A stretch of DNA of 64,000 bases from contig CAWBZI010000004.1 of assembly GCA_963793265.1 (NCBI GenBank), positions 224,001 to 288,000 of the forward strand, written 5' to 3'. The notes below the pieces were generated by a model, which worked only from the letters and a program-made list of their open reading frames with translations, was not told the origin of the DNA and did no database searches. Position 1 is the first letter of the stretch; each line of letters starts with the position of its first letter. The translations under genes were made by a program, and so were the position numbers. Shown in pieces: positions 1 to 10,367 of this stretch. This DNA comes from an uncultured cyanobacterium (GTDB taxonomy: Bacteria; Cyanobacteriota; Cyanobacteriia; Phormidesmidales; Phormidesmidaceae).

Positions 1-656
1 ATGCTTCTATGCTGGTGCTGCTCAAGGCCGATACGCTGGTACGTCATGAGCTAGAGCAGGTTGCAGAGCCTGAGGGCGATGATTTTTTTGATGATGATCT
101 AGACTACAGCGCTGATGAGCTGCCCCGGAACTTGGAGCAGCATATTCATAGAAGGGCGGTTGCCCCGCCTCCGGCTAAGCGGCAGGTGACTTTGAGTGAG
201 CTGATTGATCAGTTGGAGGCGATCGCTGCTGCCATGAGTGAGCCTTCAAGAGTGCGATCGCGTGCTGCTAAGCCTCACACTAAAAAAGAAGCCGTTCGTG
301 CGATTTCCGAGCTAGCCCACCAAGAGAACCTGAACGAAATTGCAGATGCGCTCAACGCCTTTCTAGATAATCACTGGGATGATGTGTTTGAAGATGCCGT
401 TAACTGGATGGATTTTGAGCTGTTACTTACTCACTGGGCGAGCTTTAGGCCGGATGTATTGGGCGGGCCGATTAAGGGCGAGCTGACTGAAGCCGACTAT
501 AAGCACGAAAAGGTCGGCGTTTTTTGGGGTCTGTTGTTTCTCACCTCTCAATCTAAAGTAGAACTGCTGCAAGAGAACTTCTATCAGGATCTCAAAGTGC
601 GGCAGCTCAATGAGATTACGCTAGCAGAAGTGCCTGCTTACGCCCTACCAGATTGA
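1..656 (+). CDS. scpA: Segregation and condensation protein A (5'-partial)
   Basis: Frame is open from the window edge. ASMLVLLKADTL motif, RxVTLxELIxQL segment and C-terminal VGVFWGLLFL..KVELxQExFYxDL winged helix typical of cyanobacterial ScpA. Confidence 0.85.
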   Translation, partial: ASMLVLLKADTLVRHELEQVAEPEGDDFFDDDLDYSADELPRNLEQHIHRRAVAPPPAKRQVTLSELIDQLEAIAAAMSEPSRVRSRAAKPHTKKEAVRAISELAHQENLNEIADALNAFLDNHWDDVFEDAVNWMDFELLLTHWASFRPDVLGGPIKGELTEADYKHEKVGVFWGLLFLTSQSKVELLQENFYQDLKVRQLNEITLAEVPAYALPD

Positions 657-673
657 AGCGGAAATCATATTAT

Positions 674-1504
674 TTAGTCATCTTGAAACAGCGCACAGAA
701 CTGTAGTTCTGTGCGCTCGTCGGCTGGAAACAAGCATTCCAAGCGTAGCTCTTGGAGCGTAATGTCTTGTGGGGTGCCAAAGGTTGTAAGGGTTGTAAAC
801 AGACTGAGCTGTTGTTCGGGCTGCTTTGTTTTAGCAAAGTTGACGGTGAGTAGCGGGAGCTGCCAGCTATCGGCTGTAGGCGCTTGCCATAAATCGTGAA
901 CGTTTGGATAAGACAGTAGCGTGTTAAAGAGCGTTTGGGACTGTTCGTCTTGGCCTTCGGCTAAAGTTTCTCGATGCACACGATGGATGAGGTTAGAGGC
1001 TACGGTTTCCCAGTTTTCGACGTGAGGCTTTATGCCTTCAGGATGAAGCATCAGCTTGATCAAATTAGTCCCGATGTCGTCGGGTATGGCCTGTTCGTCT
1101 AGCAGCCAGCCCATTAGCCTTTGCGCCCCCTGATTACTTTGAATTTGGTTCCAATAGCGATCCATAACGATAGCAGGATAGGGTTCTTGCTGACGTAGCG
1201 TGAAGTCTAGAGCGCGGCGAATAGGGGCGACCTCTGGAGCACTTAGATCAAACTCTGAATAAATAGGGGTAAATCCAGCGGCGGTGAGCATTTTGTTTTG
1301 CTGGCGTAGAGGAATGTCTAGTACGGCTGCGAGTTTGAGTACCATATTGTGACTGGGGCGCGATCGCCCAGATTCAATAAAGCTGATGTGCCGCTGAGAA
1401 ACGCCGCTTGCCATGGAAAGATCGAGCTGGCTGAAATTTCTTTGCGATCGCCACTGCTTGAGTAACTGGCCGAAAGCTCTATCTTTTCGGGTTTCCAAGG
1501 CCAT
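674..1504 (-). CDS. XRE-family HTH regulator with MmyB-like ligand-binding domain
   Basis: N-terminal FGQLLKQWRSQRNFSQLDLS..GVSQRHISFIESGRSRPS; C-terminal EPYPAIVMDRYWN...FGTPQDITLQELRLECLFPAD. Likely ATG start at 1504. Confidence 0.85.
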   Translation of the reverse strand: MALETRKDRAFGQLLKQWRSQRNFSQLDLSMASGVSQRHISFIESGRSRPSHNMVLKLAAVLDIPLRQQNKMLTAAGFTPIYSEFDLSAPEVAPIRRALDFTLRQQEPYPAIVMDRYWNQIQSNQGAQRLMGWLLDEQAIPDDIGTNLIKLMLHPEGIKPHVENWETVASNLIHRVHRETLAEGQDEQSQTLFNTLLSYPNVHDLWQAPTADSWQLPLLTVNFAKTKQPEQQLSLFTTLTTFGTPQDITLQELRLECLFPADERTELQFCALFQDD

Positions 1505-1651
1505 TTTCAAGAATTCCTCAAGATAAGGTTTGCTCGCTATTACTCTACAGGTAATTGAAATGATTATCTGCTAAGTGCACAATCGAGATGTTGAAGACAA
1601 AAGCAGCGCAGATTGTTTTTGTCAGATATTTTCATCAGCAGGAGATCCGAT

Positions 1652-2029
1652 ATGCAAAGTATTTCAGTACCAAAGAACCAGCAGTCGCAAGCTTTAAAGA
1701 CGATTTATTTTATCTGTATAATCGTCAGCGTAGTCGTGTCGTGGGGAATTCTCTCTCAGTTCTTATTTTCTGGCGATGCTTCCGTTTCTAGCTTCTTCCA
1801 ACAATCTTTTGCAAGTCCAGTTTCGACCCTTATTTCCAGCGACATTCTTATCACTGCGCCTATCTTTCTAATCTTTGCGCGGGTTGAACTTAGCCGATTA
1901 GGAATGCCTGCTAACCGGCTTCTGCTCTACACAATTGCAACTTTCTCTGTAGGCATTTGCTGCTCCCTATCGCTATTTCTCTATCAGCGTGAAGTTTGGC
2001 AACAGAGCGTAAAGGAGACTCGTCGATAA
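1652..2029 (+). CDS. DUF2834-like small membrane protein
   Basis: Three hydrophobic helices, SxDILI motif, VGxCCSLSLFLYQRE tail. AGGAG RBS before ATG 1652. Confidence 0.7.
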   Translation: MQSISVPKNQQSQALKTIYFICIIVSVVVSWGILSQFLFSGDASVSSFFQQSFASPVSTLISSDILITAPIFLIFARVELSRLGMPANRLLLYTIATFSVGICCSLSLFLYQREVWQQSVKETRR

Positions 2030-2433
2030 TGCAAAACTTGCTTTTCTATTTTGGTTTTTCAACGCTGCTTGCGCACGAGCTAGACGCGATGACTCAATCG
2101 GAGTGGAGGCTGCTGTTTGTTTTGCGAAACCTTCTTGAACCGCTTGCCTCCAATATCTTTGTTCTGGCCCACGTACCAGTAGTAGCACTGCTTTTATGGC
2201 TCACTAGCCATCAGTCTCTATCAACTCGGTACTGGTCACGGCTGGCGATCGCACTATTTGCAGTCATTCACGTTGCCCTGCACAAGCATCTAGAACATCA
2301 CCCGGCCTATACCTTTACATCGCCACTTTCTTTGGCTTTGATTTATGGGGCCGGGGTGTTCGGGTTTGTTTACGCTGTCTTCGCGATTAAATCTCCAACC
2401 TTTTCTGCGTCAAAGACTCCTACAAAGAACTAA
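2029..2433 (+). CDS. DUF6713-like membrane protein
   Basis: LLAHELDAMTQSEWRLL motif and four TM segments. TAATG overlap couples it to the upstream gene. Confidence 0.7.
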   Translation: MQNLLFYFGFSTLLAHELDAMTQSEWRLLFVLRNLLEPLASNIFVLAHVPVVALLLWLTSHQSLSTRYWSRLAIALFAVIHVALHKHLEHHPAYTFTSPLSLALIYGAGVFGFVYAVFAIKSPTFSASKTPTKN

Positions 2434-3157
2434 CTGTAGCGTCGGCTTGAATGATCATTTTGCCAGGCTGTATGTCTAGCTGGTTGAACTTGAGCGCCAT
2501 ATCACCAATTTCAAAGTTGCGCAGATCGAGGAGTTCTTTAGTGCTGTCAATGAGCGATCGCGTCAGCTCTGGCATATCGTTAGTCGCTTCGTCATACTGA
2601 ATATCTTCTAGTGTCAATACGTTGCCATCTTCTATAAGCTTTGGCTTCGCAGAAAACGCGACGTGATGCGTTTCTACTTTTTCTATGAGCATTACATCAG
2701 CTTCTACCGTAATCTTTCCAGCTTCAGGAATGCTGAACTTTACGTTGCTAGCATCAGTCGTCAGCTTCTCACCAGAAGACAGTTCTATCTTTTGGCCTCG
2801 TAGCTTCTTTTTCACATAGCCAGAGTTAAAGGCATTCTGAATATCTTCAGCTTTGAGCACGACTCGAGCCTCAGCATCAGCCGGACGATCCAGCTCAATT
2901 TCACCAAAAACCGCTTTGGTCATACTGATGTCTACTGAGTTAGCTTCTAGCGAAATTTCCTCCGTCCGCAGGTCGTTTTTAACCACCAAACCTTTGCCTT
3001 CGACGGTCACTTTATCTACCTGACCTTGAGCCAGCTTCATCGGATCGGTATGAATTTCAACGCTGAGATCTTCGGCCTCATCCATTTGAGATTTGATGGC
3101 CGCCTCAGCCGCTTTGCTGATGGCCTGTTCGCCAATGCCTAAATCTTGTGAACTCAT
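2420..3157 (-). CDS. DUF2993 (LmeA-like lipid-binding) protein
   Basis: GEQAISKAAE...TDPMKLAQGQVDKVTVEGKGLVV...GEIELDRP pattern. ATG 3157. Confidence 0.75.
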   Translation of the reverse strand: MSSQDLGIGEQAISKAAEAAIKSQMDEAEDLSVEIHTDPMKLAQGQVDKVTVEGKGLVVKNDLRTEEISLEANSVDISMTKAVFGEIELDRPADAEARVVLKAEDIQNAFNSGYVKKKLRGQKIELSSGEKLTTDASNVKFSIPEAGKITVEADVMLIEKVETHHVAFSAKPKLIEDGNVLTLEDIQYDEATNDMPELTRSLIDSTKELLDLRNFEIGDMALKFNQLDIQPGKMIIQADATVSSL

Positions 3158-3257
3158 ATCTTTACCTTTACAGTTAGCCCTCAGCATAAAAAGATGCTGT
3201 TGCTGCTCCTTCTACCGTAGGAGCTAACTGCGAGGATATGCACTCGTCCGCTGGGTT

Positions 3258-5057
3258 CTATTTTGCTTTGTAGAAGATGGTGGACTCGCTAATCGGCTCT
3301 AGTGAGGTTCCAGGGTAGTAAAACTCAAGAATTTGTTCGCTGGAGTAGCCTTTTTCGCCCAGATTGTAAGCGCCGGTTTGGCTCATACCGACGCCATGGC
3401 CAAAGCCGCCACCAATGAATTTGTATCCAGTAAGGACAGGTTGAGCTGTGTTTTGCTTGTTTTTATCGTCTTCAGGTTTAGCTACATTCTCTGCATTAGC
3501 AGCACCCGTATTAGCAGGTTTGGTGGCTTGCGGAGCCTCCGTAATCGGCTCTAGGTAAAATAGTAGGCTGCGAGGCGGGACGAGTGCCTTTACCGCTTCG
3601 TCTTTGACCAGTTCAAACGAGCCTAAATCGGTGTCTACCTGCATTTTTTGAACTCGACCGGAGTCAGCGCGTTCAATAACGCTAAGGCCAGTAATTTTCT
3701 CGAAGTTGGCAAGCGGGTGCTGCCGATTGGCAAGGTACTCTTTCATGACGTTGCCAATATCTTTAAGCGAGGCTTTGCGATTCCAGCGGAAGGCGGGCCA
3801 GCCGTCTTCGTTGAAGCCGTCTTTGAGGGCAATGAAGTCGCGGAAGTTGGCTTCGTCAGAAAGTGGGCGCGCAGCTAAGTCCCACTTAGGCTGAAGGGAG
3901 TCGATAACGGGGCGGAGGTAGGGACGATCTTGGCCGTTCCAAACGTCGGTGAAGTTGGCGGTGATGCCGCCGGTTGTAGAAGAGTAAAGGGCGTCTACGA
4001 GTTCGTTTTCGTAGGTAAGAACTTGGCCGGAGGTGGCAGCGATCGCACTATCTGAAACTGGATCCGTCTCGGCTAAGCCAAAATACACCTGGCACTGCGT
4101 ATCGGCGCAAATTTCATAGTCATCAATGGCAAATCTTCTGAGGTTGCGCAGGGCATAGGTGCGTGCCAAAATTGCCTGCGCCTGAATCGCGTTGCGAGGG
4201 GCTCCGGCTCCGATTTCATGCGGGACAACGCCGCGTAGATAGATATCGACAGGAACCTGATTGACCAGCGTGTAGTTGCCGTAAGAATTGGGCTGAATTT
4301 TTAGATCGCCTGCAAATAGGTCGCGATACTGGGTGCTGTTGCCCTGCGCCATTTGAAAGCGGCGGTTGGCGGTAGTGAGGGTGAACTCGTCGCGGGCGTA
4401 CTTGAAGCCGTTGGCGGTGAAGGCAGCTTTGGGCACTTCTTTGACGACGCGGCTATCGATGAAGGCGCGGGTGTAGCCTGCGGCATGTAGGTTTTGCAGC
4501 AGCAGCCTGCGGGCAACCGGGGCGCTGTAGTCTTCGCGTTTGGCCCATACCTGCCAGGCGTCAGGCTGAGCAATTTCGGCGTCTATTCCAGCGGCCTGCC
4601 AGCGGGTCGCGCTATCTTCGGCGCTCTCAAAGCTGCGGTGGGTGCTGAGTACCACCCATTCTTGTAGCTCAGGCTCACTCAAAGGCTGCATGGTGATGTC
4701 TATTTGCAGCCGGTCTGTTGTGAGGGTTTGCTCTGTGCCGCCAGTTTTATAAGAGACGGTGATCTCATCGCCCGCGAGAGGAGCAAGGGTAATTTTATCT
4801 TCCTTTTTCTCACCGAAGCGCTGAACGATGCCGACTTTGATCTCGGGATTGGTGGAGGCTGATTGTGCTTGTGCTATGCGCGGTGTAAGGGTGCCTTCAA
4901 CGGCGGCAATGCCTGTCGCAAGTGAGAGAGGTGCGATCGCGCTGCCGACGATACCTAAGCCCAACAGCCAAGCTGTACTCCCTACGCCCAAAGCAGTGCT
5001 CGCAGCGAGGCGTGACACCTTAGCGGCTGTGGCTGTAAAAGAATCGATAGAAGGCAT
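3258..5057 (-). CDS. SpoIID/LytB-domain peptidoglycan lytic transglycosylase
   Basis: YLRGVVPHEI, AQAILARTYAL, CADTQCQVYFG and GGGFGHGVGMSQTGA...ILEFYYPGT motifs; N-terminal hydrophobic segment. Confidence 0.9.
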   Translation of the reverse strand: MPSIDSFTATAAKVSRLAASTALGVGSTAWLLGLGIVGSAIAPLSLATGIAAVEGTLTPRIAQAQSASTNPEIKVGIVQRFGEKKEDKITLAPLAGDEITVSYKTGGTEQTLTTDRLQIDITMQPLSEPELQEWVVLSTHRSFESAEDSATRWQAAGIDAEIAQPDAWQVWAKREDYSAPVARRLLLQNLHAAGYTRAFIDSRVVKEVPKAAFTANGFKYARDEFTLTTANRRFQMAQGNSTQYRDLFAGDLKIQPNSYGNYTLVNQVPVDIYLRGVVPHEIGAGAPRNAIQAQAILARTYALRNLRRFAIDDYEICADTQCQVYFGLAETDPVSDSAIAATSGQVLTYENELVDALYSSTTGGITANFTDVWNGQDRPYLRPVIDSLQPKWDLAARPLSDEANFRDFIALKDGFNEDGWPAFRWNRKASLKDIGNVMKEYLANRQHPLANFEKITGLSVIERADSGRVQKMQVDTDLGSFELVKDEAVKALVPPRSLLFYLEPITEAPQATKPANTGAANAENVAKPEDDKNKQNTAQPVLTGYKFIGGGFGHGVGMSQTGAYNLGEKGYSSEQILEFYYPGTSLEPISESTIFYKAK

Positions 5058-5327
5058 AGTGCAAAATAGTAGTAGTGCAAAGCGGCAATAGTTGGCAAGC
5101 AAAAATACGAAAACAGAGCTTAGAAGCGTAGCCTAAAGGCGTAACAATTATCCTTGTTTATTCAACCCAAATATCTTTGAACCTGGCGGGTTTAAGCTCA
5201 ACTTTTTTTGAACTTTCCTAAAGGCTAATGAATCACCATTTTTTCTAATCCTAACGGTTTCTTTATTGGAATATATAAAGGCCGATAAAATTTGTATCTA
5301 TAGGGTGTTTGTGAGGATGAACTTAAG

Positions 5328-6002
5328 TTGAAGGAAACGGCGCTTCAAGACGATAAATACCGGGCCAATGATCATTATGAGATGACTTTGCGATCGCTCA
5401 TGCAGTCGGCAGATATTACGAGCTACCGAGCGCTTGCGACAGCGGCGGGGGTTTCTCGCTGGCAGGTGCAGCAGCTACGGCTTGGTAAGGTAAAGCAGAT
5501 GCGGGTGGGTGCACTAGCTCAACTCGCTGAGGCGCTAAAGGTTCCTTTAAGCAAGCTGCTGAGTGAGTTTGGCTTGGATACTGTAGCACCAGAAAAGTTA
5601 TCGGATGGTGAGGTGGTAGCTCTGCGGCAGGAGTATCAGCGATTGCAGGGGCAGATGGCGCAGCAGCAGCAGCAGGCGCGATCACAGTTTCAAACTGAGG
5701 CGCTGCAAACGATTGAAACCTGGCTGAGGCTGTGGCCGACGATTGCCAAACGGGCTGAGGATAAGGGCTCGGAGCTGCCTGCGGCGAAGGTTTTAGCGTT
5801 TGTGCGACCTGTAGAGGAGATGGTAGCCGATTGGGGGGTGGTAGCGATCGCACCTGTGGATGCGCAGATTCCTTACGATCCCCAACTACATCAGCTCAAA
5901 AAGGGCACTGCTGAGCCAGGCGAAGTTGTCCGGGTGACCCACTGCGGCAGATTGCACCATGGAAAGCTGCTACAGCGCGCCGAAGTTCAGCCGATTGATT
6001 AA
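5328..6002 (+). CDS. XRE-type HTH / coiled-coil / GrpE-like C-terminal domain protein
   Basis: HTH LRSLMQSADITSYRALATAAGVSRWQVQQLR, a Q-rich coil, then PYDPQLHQ..GEVVRVTHCGRLHHGKLLQRAEV resembling the GrpE beta domain. Confidence 0.65.
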   Translation: MKETALQDDKYRANDHYEMTLRSLMQSADITSYRALATAAGVSRWQVQQLRLGKVKQMRVGALAQLAEALKVPLSKLLSEFGLDTVAPEKLSDGEVVALRQEYQRLQGQMAQQQQQARSQFQTEALQTIETWLRLWPTIAKRAEDKGSELPAAKVLAFVRPVEEMVADWGVVAIAPVDAQIPYDPQLHQLKKGTAEPGEVVRVTHCGRLHHGKLLQRAEVQPID

Positions 6003-6013
6003 AGACTTAAAGA

Positions 6014-6844
6014 TTACGCCCTGACAAGTGTGAGAACCGTTAGCTCGGGCGGGCAGCAGAACCGGCCTGGAAAGTAGGTGCCGAGGCCGCGATTGACGTA
6101 TAGCCAGTTGTTGTTGACGCGGTGCAGGCCCTGGCTCCATTCCCAGTGATGCACGACTTGGAAACAGCGATCGCTTAAGAAGGGAATAGCGTTGCGAATT
6201 TTCCTGGGTACGCGCTGACGCATACGCTTCCATACCAGCGGGCCGGGGCCTAAAAAAGGAAGATTGATTTGGCCGCCATGCGTGTGACCTGAAAGCTGTA
6301 GATCGGCTCGCCACTTTGACAGGGGCTCGGCAGTGTCGGGGTTGTGAGAGAGCACCAGGCGAGGCACCGCTGAATCGAGCTGATCTAAAACCCTGGGATT
6401 AAATTCTCCAGACCAGTAGTCAGCAAAGCCTACGACCGGAAAGTCTTCACCCATTGGCGTGGCTATTTGATTCCACAGAACGGGAATATCGGCGCTTTCT
6501 AACGCTTGGGTAACGACGCCGCGAGCCCCTGCCGCTTCGATATCATGGTTGCCGAGCACTGCGATCATGCCGTAGCGGCTGGGCAGGTGCTTGAGGTGGC
6601 CAACGAGATCGTGAATAGGGCTTGGGTCATCCGTTACAAAGTCGCCAGTGAACGCGATTAAATCGGGTTTGAGGGTGTGAATGCGATCGACGGTTTTAGC
6701 AAGCAGCCTTTCAGAGAGGCGGAGGCCGTCAAAGTGAAAGTCTGATAGTTGAGCGATGACAGTTCCGACGAGGCGCTCTGGTAGGTCTTGAATGGGGATG
6801 GTACGTTTTTCTACCGATAGCGCGCCGGATAAAAGCCGATACAT
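6014..6844 (-). CDS. Calcineurin-like metallophosphoesterase (YkuE/YaeI type)
   Basis: SDFH, TGDFV, LGNHD, LSHNPD, SGHTHGGQ and VNRGLG motifs. Confidence 0.92.
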   Translation of the reverse strand: MYRLLSGALSVEKRTIPIQDLPERLVGTVIAQLSDFHFDGLRLSERLLAKTVDRIHTLKPDLIAFTGDFVTDDPSPIHDLVGHLKHLPSRYGMIAVLGNHDIEAAGARGVVTQALESADIPVLWNQIATPMGEDFPVVGFADYWSGEFNPRVLDQLDSAVPRLVLSHNPDTAEPLSKWRADLQLSGHTHGGQINLPFLGPGPLVWKRMRQRVPRKIRNAIPFLSDRCFQVVHHWEWSQGLHRVNNNWLYVNRGLGTYFPGRFCCPPELTVLTLVRA

Positions 6845-6955
6845 ATTAATGTCTCAGAGTGCTTGAAAGGAGCCAGTTCTTACCGAAGTTGGCGTTAGGC
6901 TATCATTTTAGCTGAGTCGGCTAAGGTCATGCCGGATACAAGGTGTGGCGATTTC

Positions 6956-6979
6956 GTGAGGCGATTTAAATCGCCTCAC
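6956..6979. terminator. Perfect 24-bp palindrome at the argB stop (terminator or RNA-stability hairpin)
   Basis: GTGAGGCGATTTAAATCGCCTCAC is its own reverse complement. No clear U-tract. Confidence 0.45.
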
Positions 6980-7899
6980 TATTCGCTGAAGCTAGAGGCG
7001 ACGAGCATTGTACCAATCCCAGCATCTGAGAATATTTCGAGGAGCAGGGCGTGGGGCATTCGGCCATCTAAGATGGTAGCCGCGCGGACGCCTTGAGCAA
7101 GCGATCGCACGCAGCAGGTCACTTTAGGAATCATTCCGCCTGCGACGGTACCGTCTTCGATAAGCGCTCTGGCCTGATGAATGTCGAGCCTGGCTATGAG
7201 CGTGCTGGGGTCTTTGAAATCTTTCATAATGCCGGGCGTGTCAGTGAGTAGAACCAGCTTCTCGGCACTAAGAGCCGCCGCTAACTCACCTGCTACGGTG
7301 TCGGCATTGATGTTATACGCCTGGCCGGTGGCGTCGCCTGCCACGCTGGAGATCACAGGAATATAGCCTGCTTCTACAAGAGAACCGACGAGATCGGGAT
7401 CAATGCGGCCCACGTCACCAACAAAGCCAACACCGTCTTCGGTGGGCCTGGGCTTGGCGGTAATAAGATTGCCGTCTTTGCCACACAACCCCACGGCCTT
7501 ACCGCCCGCTTGATTAATTAGTGACACTAGCTCTTTATTCACGCGGCCTACCAGCACCATCTCGACGACATCCATGGTGCCTGCATCGGTAACGCGCAAA
7601 CCGTCTTTAAACTGGGGCTCAATATTGAGCTTAGTGAGCCAGCTATTAATTTCAGGGCCACCTCCATGTACGACAATCGGGCGAATGCCAACACTGGCCA
7701 TAAATACGATGTCGCGAATGACTTTGGCCTTGAGGCTGCTATCTTTCATCGCTGCGCCGCCATATTTGACGACAACAGTGCGGCCCTGAAACTTCTGAAT
7801 GTAAGGCAGCGCTTCGCTGAGGATGCGGACGCGATCGGCTTCGGCTTTTTGAAAATATTCGCTTTGGTATTCGCTGGCGGTATCAGGCGATGCAGTCAT
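6979..7899 (-). CDS. argB: Acetylglutamate kinase
   Basis: [41 protein letters not shown] motifs. Confidence 0.97.
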   Translation of the reverse strand: MTASPDTASEYQSEYFQKAEADRVRILSEALPYIQKFQGRTVVVKYGGAAMKDSSLKAKVIRDIVFMASVGIRPIVVHGGGPEINSWLTKLNIEPQFKDGLRVTDAGTMDVVEMVLVGRVNKELVSLINQAGGKAVGLCGKDGNLITAKPRPTEDGVGFVGDVGRIDPDLVGSLVEAGYIPVISSVAGDATGQAYNINADTVAGELAAALSAEKLVLLTDTPGIMKDFKDPSTLIARLDIHQARALIEDGTVAGGMIPKVTCCVRSLAQGVRAATILDGRMPHALLLEIFSDAGIGTMLVASSFSE

Positions 7900-7901
7900 A
7901 G

Positions 7902-8513
7902 TTAGGTAGAGGTATCTGGTGCGGTGGGGGTGTTGATAGAAGGTTGATTAATGACCACCTCGCCTGCGACGAGTTTTGGGTCAGGGCGTAGATTGGCCTG
8001 CAGGGCTTCGACGATGCGATCGCAGGTTTTCCCAACCGATCGCCCTTCGTAGCCAATGCGAATATCGGCTTGGGCGTAGCGATCGCCTCTTTGCGCAATT
8101 AAGGCGTCGAGCTTTTCACTCAGCGCAACATCCTTTAATAGCGGGCGATCGGTGTCACCTGAGAGCCGGGATATGAGAACCGGAATGGGCACGTCTAGCC
8201 AGATCACAACGCCGTGCTGTAAATAGCTCCAGTTCATTTGCTGGGTGACAATGCCACCGCCTGTTGCAACAACTAAGCTGGTGTGCGCGGCGACCTGAGA
8301 GAGCACTTTGGTTTCTAGCTCACGAAAAGCGGCTTCGCCTTGCCCCGCAAAGATTTCAGTAATCGGCTGACCAGCGGCGGCTTCAATGAGCGCGTCTGTG
8401 TCCAAAAAGCGGTAGCCAACGCGATTGGCAAGCTTGCGGCCAATGGTGGTTTTACCCGCGCCCATCATGCCAATGAGGTACAGATTGGTTTTTTTGAGAA
8501 AGTCGGCAGTCAT
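7902..8513 (-). CDS. aroK: Shikimate kinase
   Basis: GMMGAGKTT Walker [24 protein letters not shown]. Confidence 0.96.
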   Translation of the reverse strand: MTADFLKKTNLYLIGMMGAGKTTIGRKLANRVGYRFLDTDALIEAAAGQPITEIFAGQGEAAFRELETKVLSQVAAHTSLVVATGGGIVTQQMNWSYLQHGVVIWLDVPIPVLISRLSGDTDRPLLKDVALSEKLDALIAQRGDRYAQADIRIGYEGRSVGKTCDRIVEALQANLRPDPKLVAGEVVINQPSINTPTAPDTST

Positions 8514-8568
8514 GGGGATAAAGCGGCGGGCTCATCCGCACGTTTTTACTTACAGCTTTACTGAAATA

Positions 8569-9144
8569 TTATGTCAGCAGTTGGGCGCGATCTAGCAGCG
8601 CTAGCCAAAGCTGCCGCTCACCACCGGGCGCGCTGTAAAAGAGCAGGTCTATAAGCAGGCGGAGCGATAGCTGCGTGAGAATATCGGTTTTAGGAATGGG
8701 ATCGGCCATGCGATCGCCATACAGATTATTAAAATTATCCAGATAGTCGCCCAGCACTGCCGCGCGATGAGGCGGTTCATCTTGAGCGCTAAGCTGCTCT
8801 AGTTTTTCAACTGCCTGACGAATGGCGCTGTGGTGCTTAGCCGACAGATGACATATCACCAGCACCAGCGCTCGGGCTTCTTCTATATCCAGCTTTTTGC
8901 GGCCCTGCCCCTTCCTCAGCGGACTCGACTGCCGCAGCCGCCACAGCCCAACGCGATCAGAAAGCGTTTTGTGCAAGCGCAGATCTTTTGCCGCTGCCAG
9001 CACCGCATCGGAGCCGATATTAGTTAGCGCCTCTATTGCCATGAGTACGAGATCTAGCTGAGCCTTGATGCTGCTAAGCTGCGCAGTCGATAAATCGGCG
9101 GGTAGATCGGCGGCCAGATGATCAACAGGCAGAAAGGAATCCAC
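8569..9144 (-). CDS. DUF3038 cyanobacterial conserved protein
   Basis: QLDLVLMAIEAL, DRVGLWRLRQSSPLR, EARALV, LLIDLLFYSAPGGERQLWLALLD. Start moved to GTG 9144 to avoid overlap with the upstream gene (uncertain). Confidence 0.75.
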   Translation of the reverse strand: MDSFLPVDHLAADLPADLSTAQLSSIKAQLDLVLMAIEALTNIGSDAVLAAAKDLRLHKTLSDRVGLWRLRQSSPLRKGQGRKKLDIEEARALVLVICHLSAKHHSAIRQAVEKLEQLSAQDEPPHRAAVLGDYLDNFNNLYGDRMADPIPKTDILTQLSLRLLIDLLFYSAPGGERQLWLALLDRAQLLT

Positions 9145-9250
9145 AGCAGTTGGGGCAGTTTTTAACGAGATATCACAAGGAAGATATCCAAAAATGATAC
9201 GGCAATTGGGTGACTTGTGAGAGCGAGTTGTCAGCGCGTTGAGAGCAGCT

Positions 9251-10111
9251 TTACAAACACATTCGCGTGCCCCACTCGGGTTTCTCACGGCGATCGCTAA
9301 AGCCTGAGCAGGTAAACTCACCTACGGGCACGCTGCTCGCGGCGCTGGCAGCTTCAGGCAGATACCCAAAGGTTCTTTCAAATCCGGCTTCGGTGGCGCT
9401 ATACACAACTGCGCCAACGGTCGTGCAGTCTTGCATCAACAGCGTAGAAATGTAGGTTAGAAACTGAGGCGAAAACATCACCGATAGGGCTGCTGGGCCA
9501 CCTAGCCCCATGGTGATGCCGTTGGGTCGAGCGGGCGGTATTGTGCGAAAGCGATCGCTCAGTGGTTCACCATCGACTAAAACGCCAATATTTCGGCCCT
9601 GCTCAATGTTGTCAATGGCGCTGAGGACGGCTGCGTTACAGCGAGAGCTGATATTAGGCACCGCGGCAGCAGCCATCTCGCGAGCGATGACCCGGCTCCT
9701 GGCTGAAGACTGCCCGTCAGAAATCTCTACTTTAATCGTGTAGCGACCGTTTTTGCCTGATTCGTAGCTGTTGGCAACAGCGGTATAGGTACCTGTGCTA
9801 GGCAGTGTGACACTGAGCCGAGAATTTCGGTTACTGCGGCTAACGTCGTCGTTTTCGTTGATTCGCCTTCTACTGGGATCGAGCAATATCAGGTAGGGAT
9901 CAAAGTCCTGGCTCTCAAGCGTGATGATTACCTGCTGGCCGCTACTACCGGAGAACGTGTATTGATCGTAGAGACTACCGTCTTCAAATACACTATCTCT
10001 GGAAGTTAGAGAACCTTGCTGATTGATGATGGGGGCCGCGGTGGCTTCGCCTGTGCTGAGGGCTAGTGCGATCGCAGTACCTATAATTCCCAGCCGTTGC
10101 AACGCCTGCAT
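9251..10111 (-). CDS. Secreted PPC (pre-peptidase C-terminal) domain protein with Cys-containing C-terminal domain
   Basis: Signal peptide; DGSLYDQYTFSGSSGQQVIITLESQDFDPYLILLD...ENDD...LPSTGTY PPC signature. Confidence 0.8.
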   Translation of the reverse strand: MQALQRLGIIGTAIALALSTGEATAAPIINQQGSLTSRDSVFEDGSLYDQYTFSGSSGQQVIITLESQDFDPYLILLDPSRRRINENDDVSRSNRNSRLSVTLPSTGTYTAVANSYESGKNGRYTIKVEISDGQSSARSRVIAREMAAAAVPNISSRCNAAVLSAIDNIEQGRNIGVLVDGEPLSDRFRTIPPARPNGITMGLGGPAALSVMFSPQFLTYISTLLMQDCTTVGAVVYSATEAGFERTFGYLPEAASAASSVPVGEFTCSGFSDRREKPEWGTRMCL

Positions 10112-10367
10112 CTAAATTTCTCTGGTTAAGGGTCGTGGAGGTATGGGTACGGGTGACGGGGTAGAGCTACATATCAACAAAAGCTATATATCAACAAAAG
10201 TAGGTGCGGGAGCAGAACTGACATTCTATGAACAAACTTTCTGAAAACAAGGCTCTAAAAGTGACAGCTTATTGATTGGTTTTAGTGAATAGATACCATA
10301 GCAGAGGTCGCAGTAGGGAGTTCGGTGTTTACCGAAGTATTTTATCTTCTTACCTTTTCATCTATAC

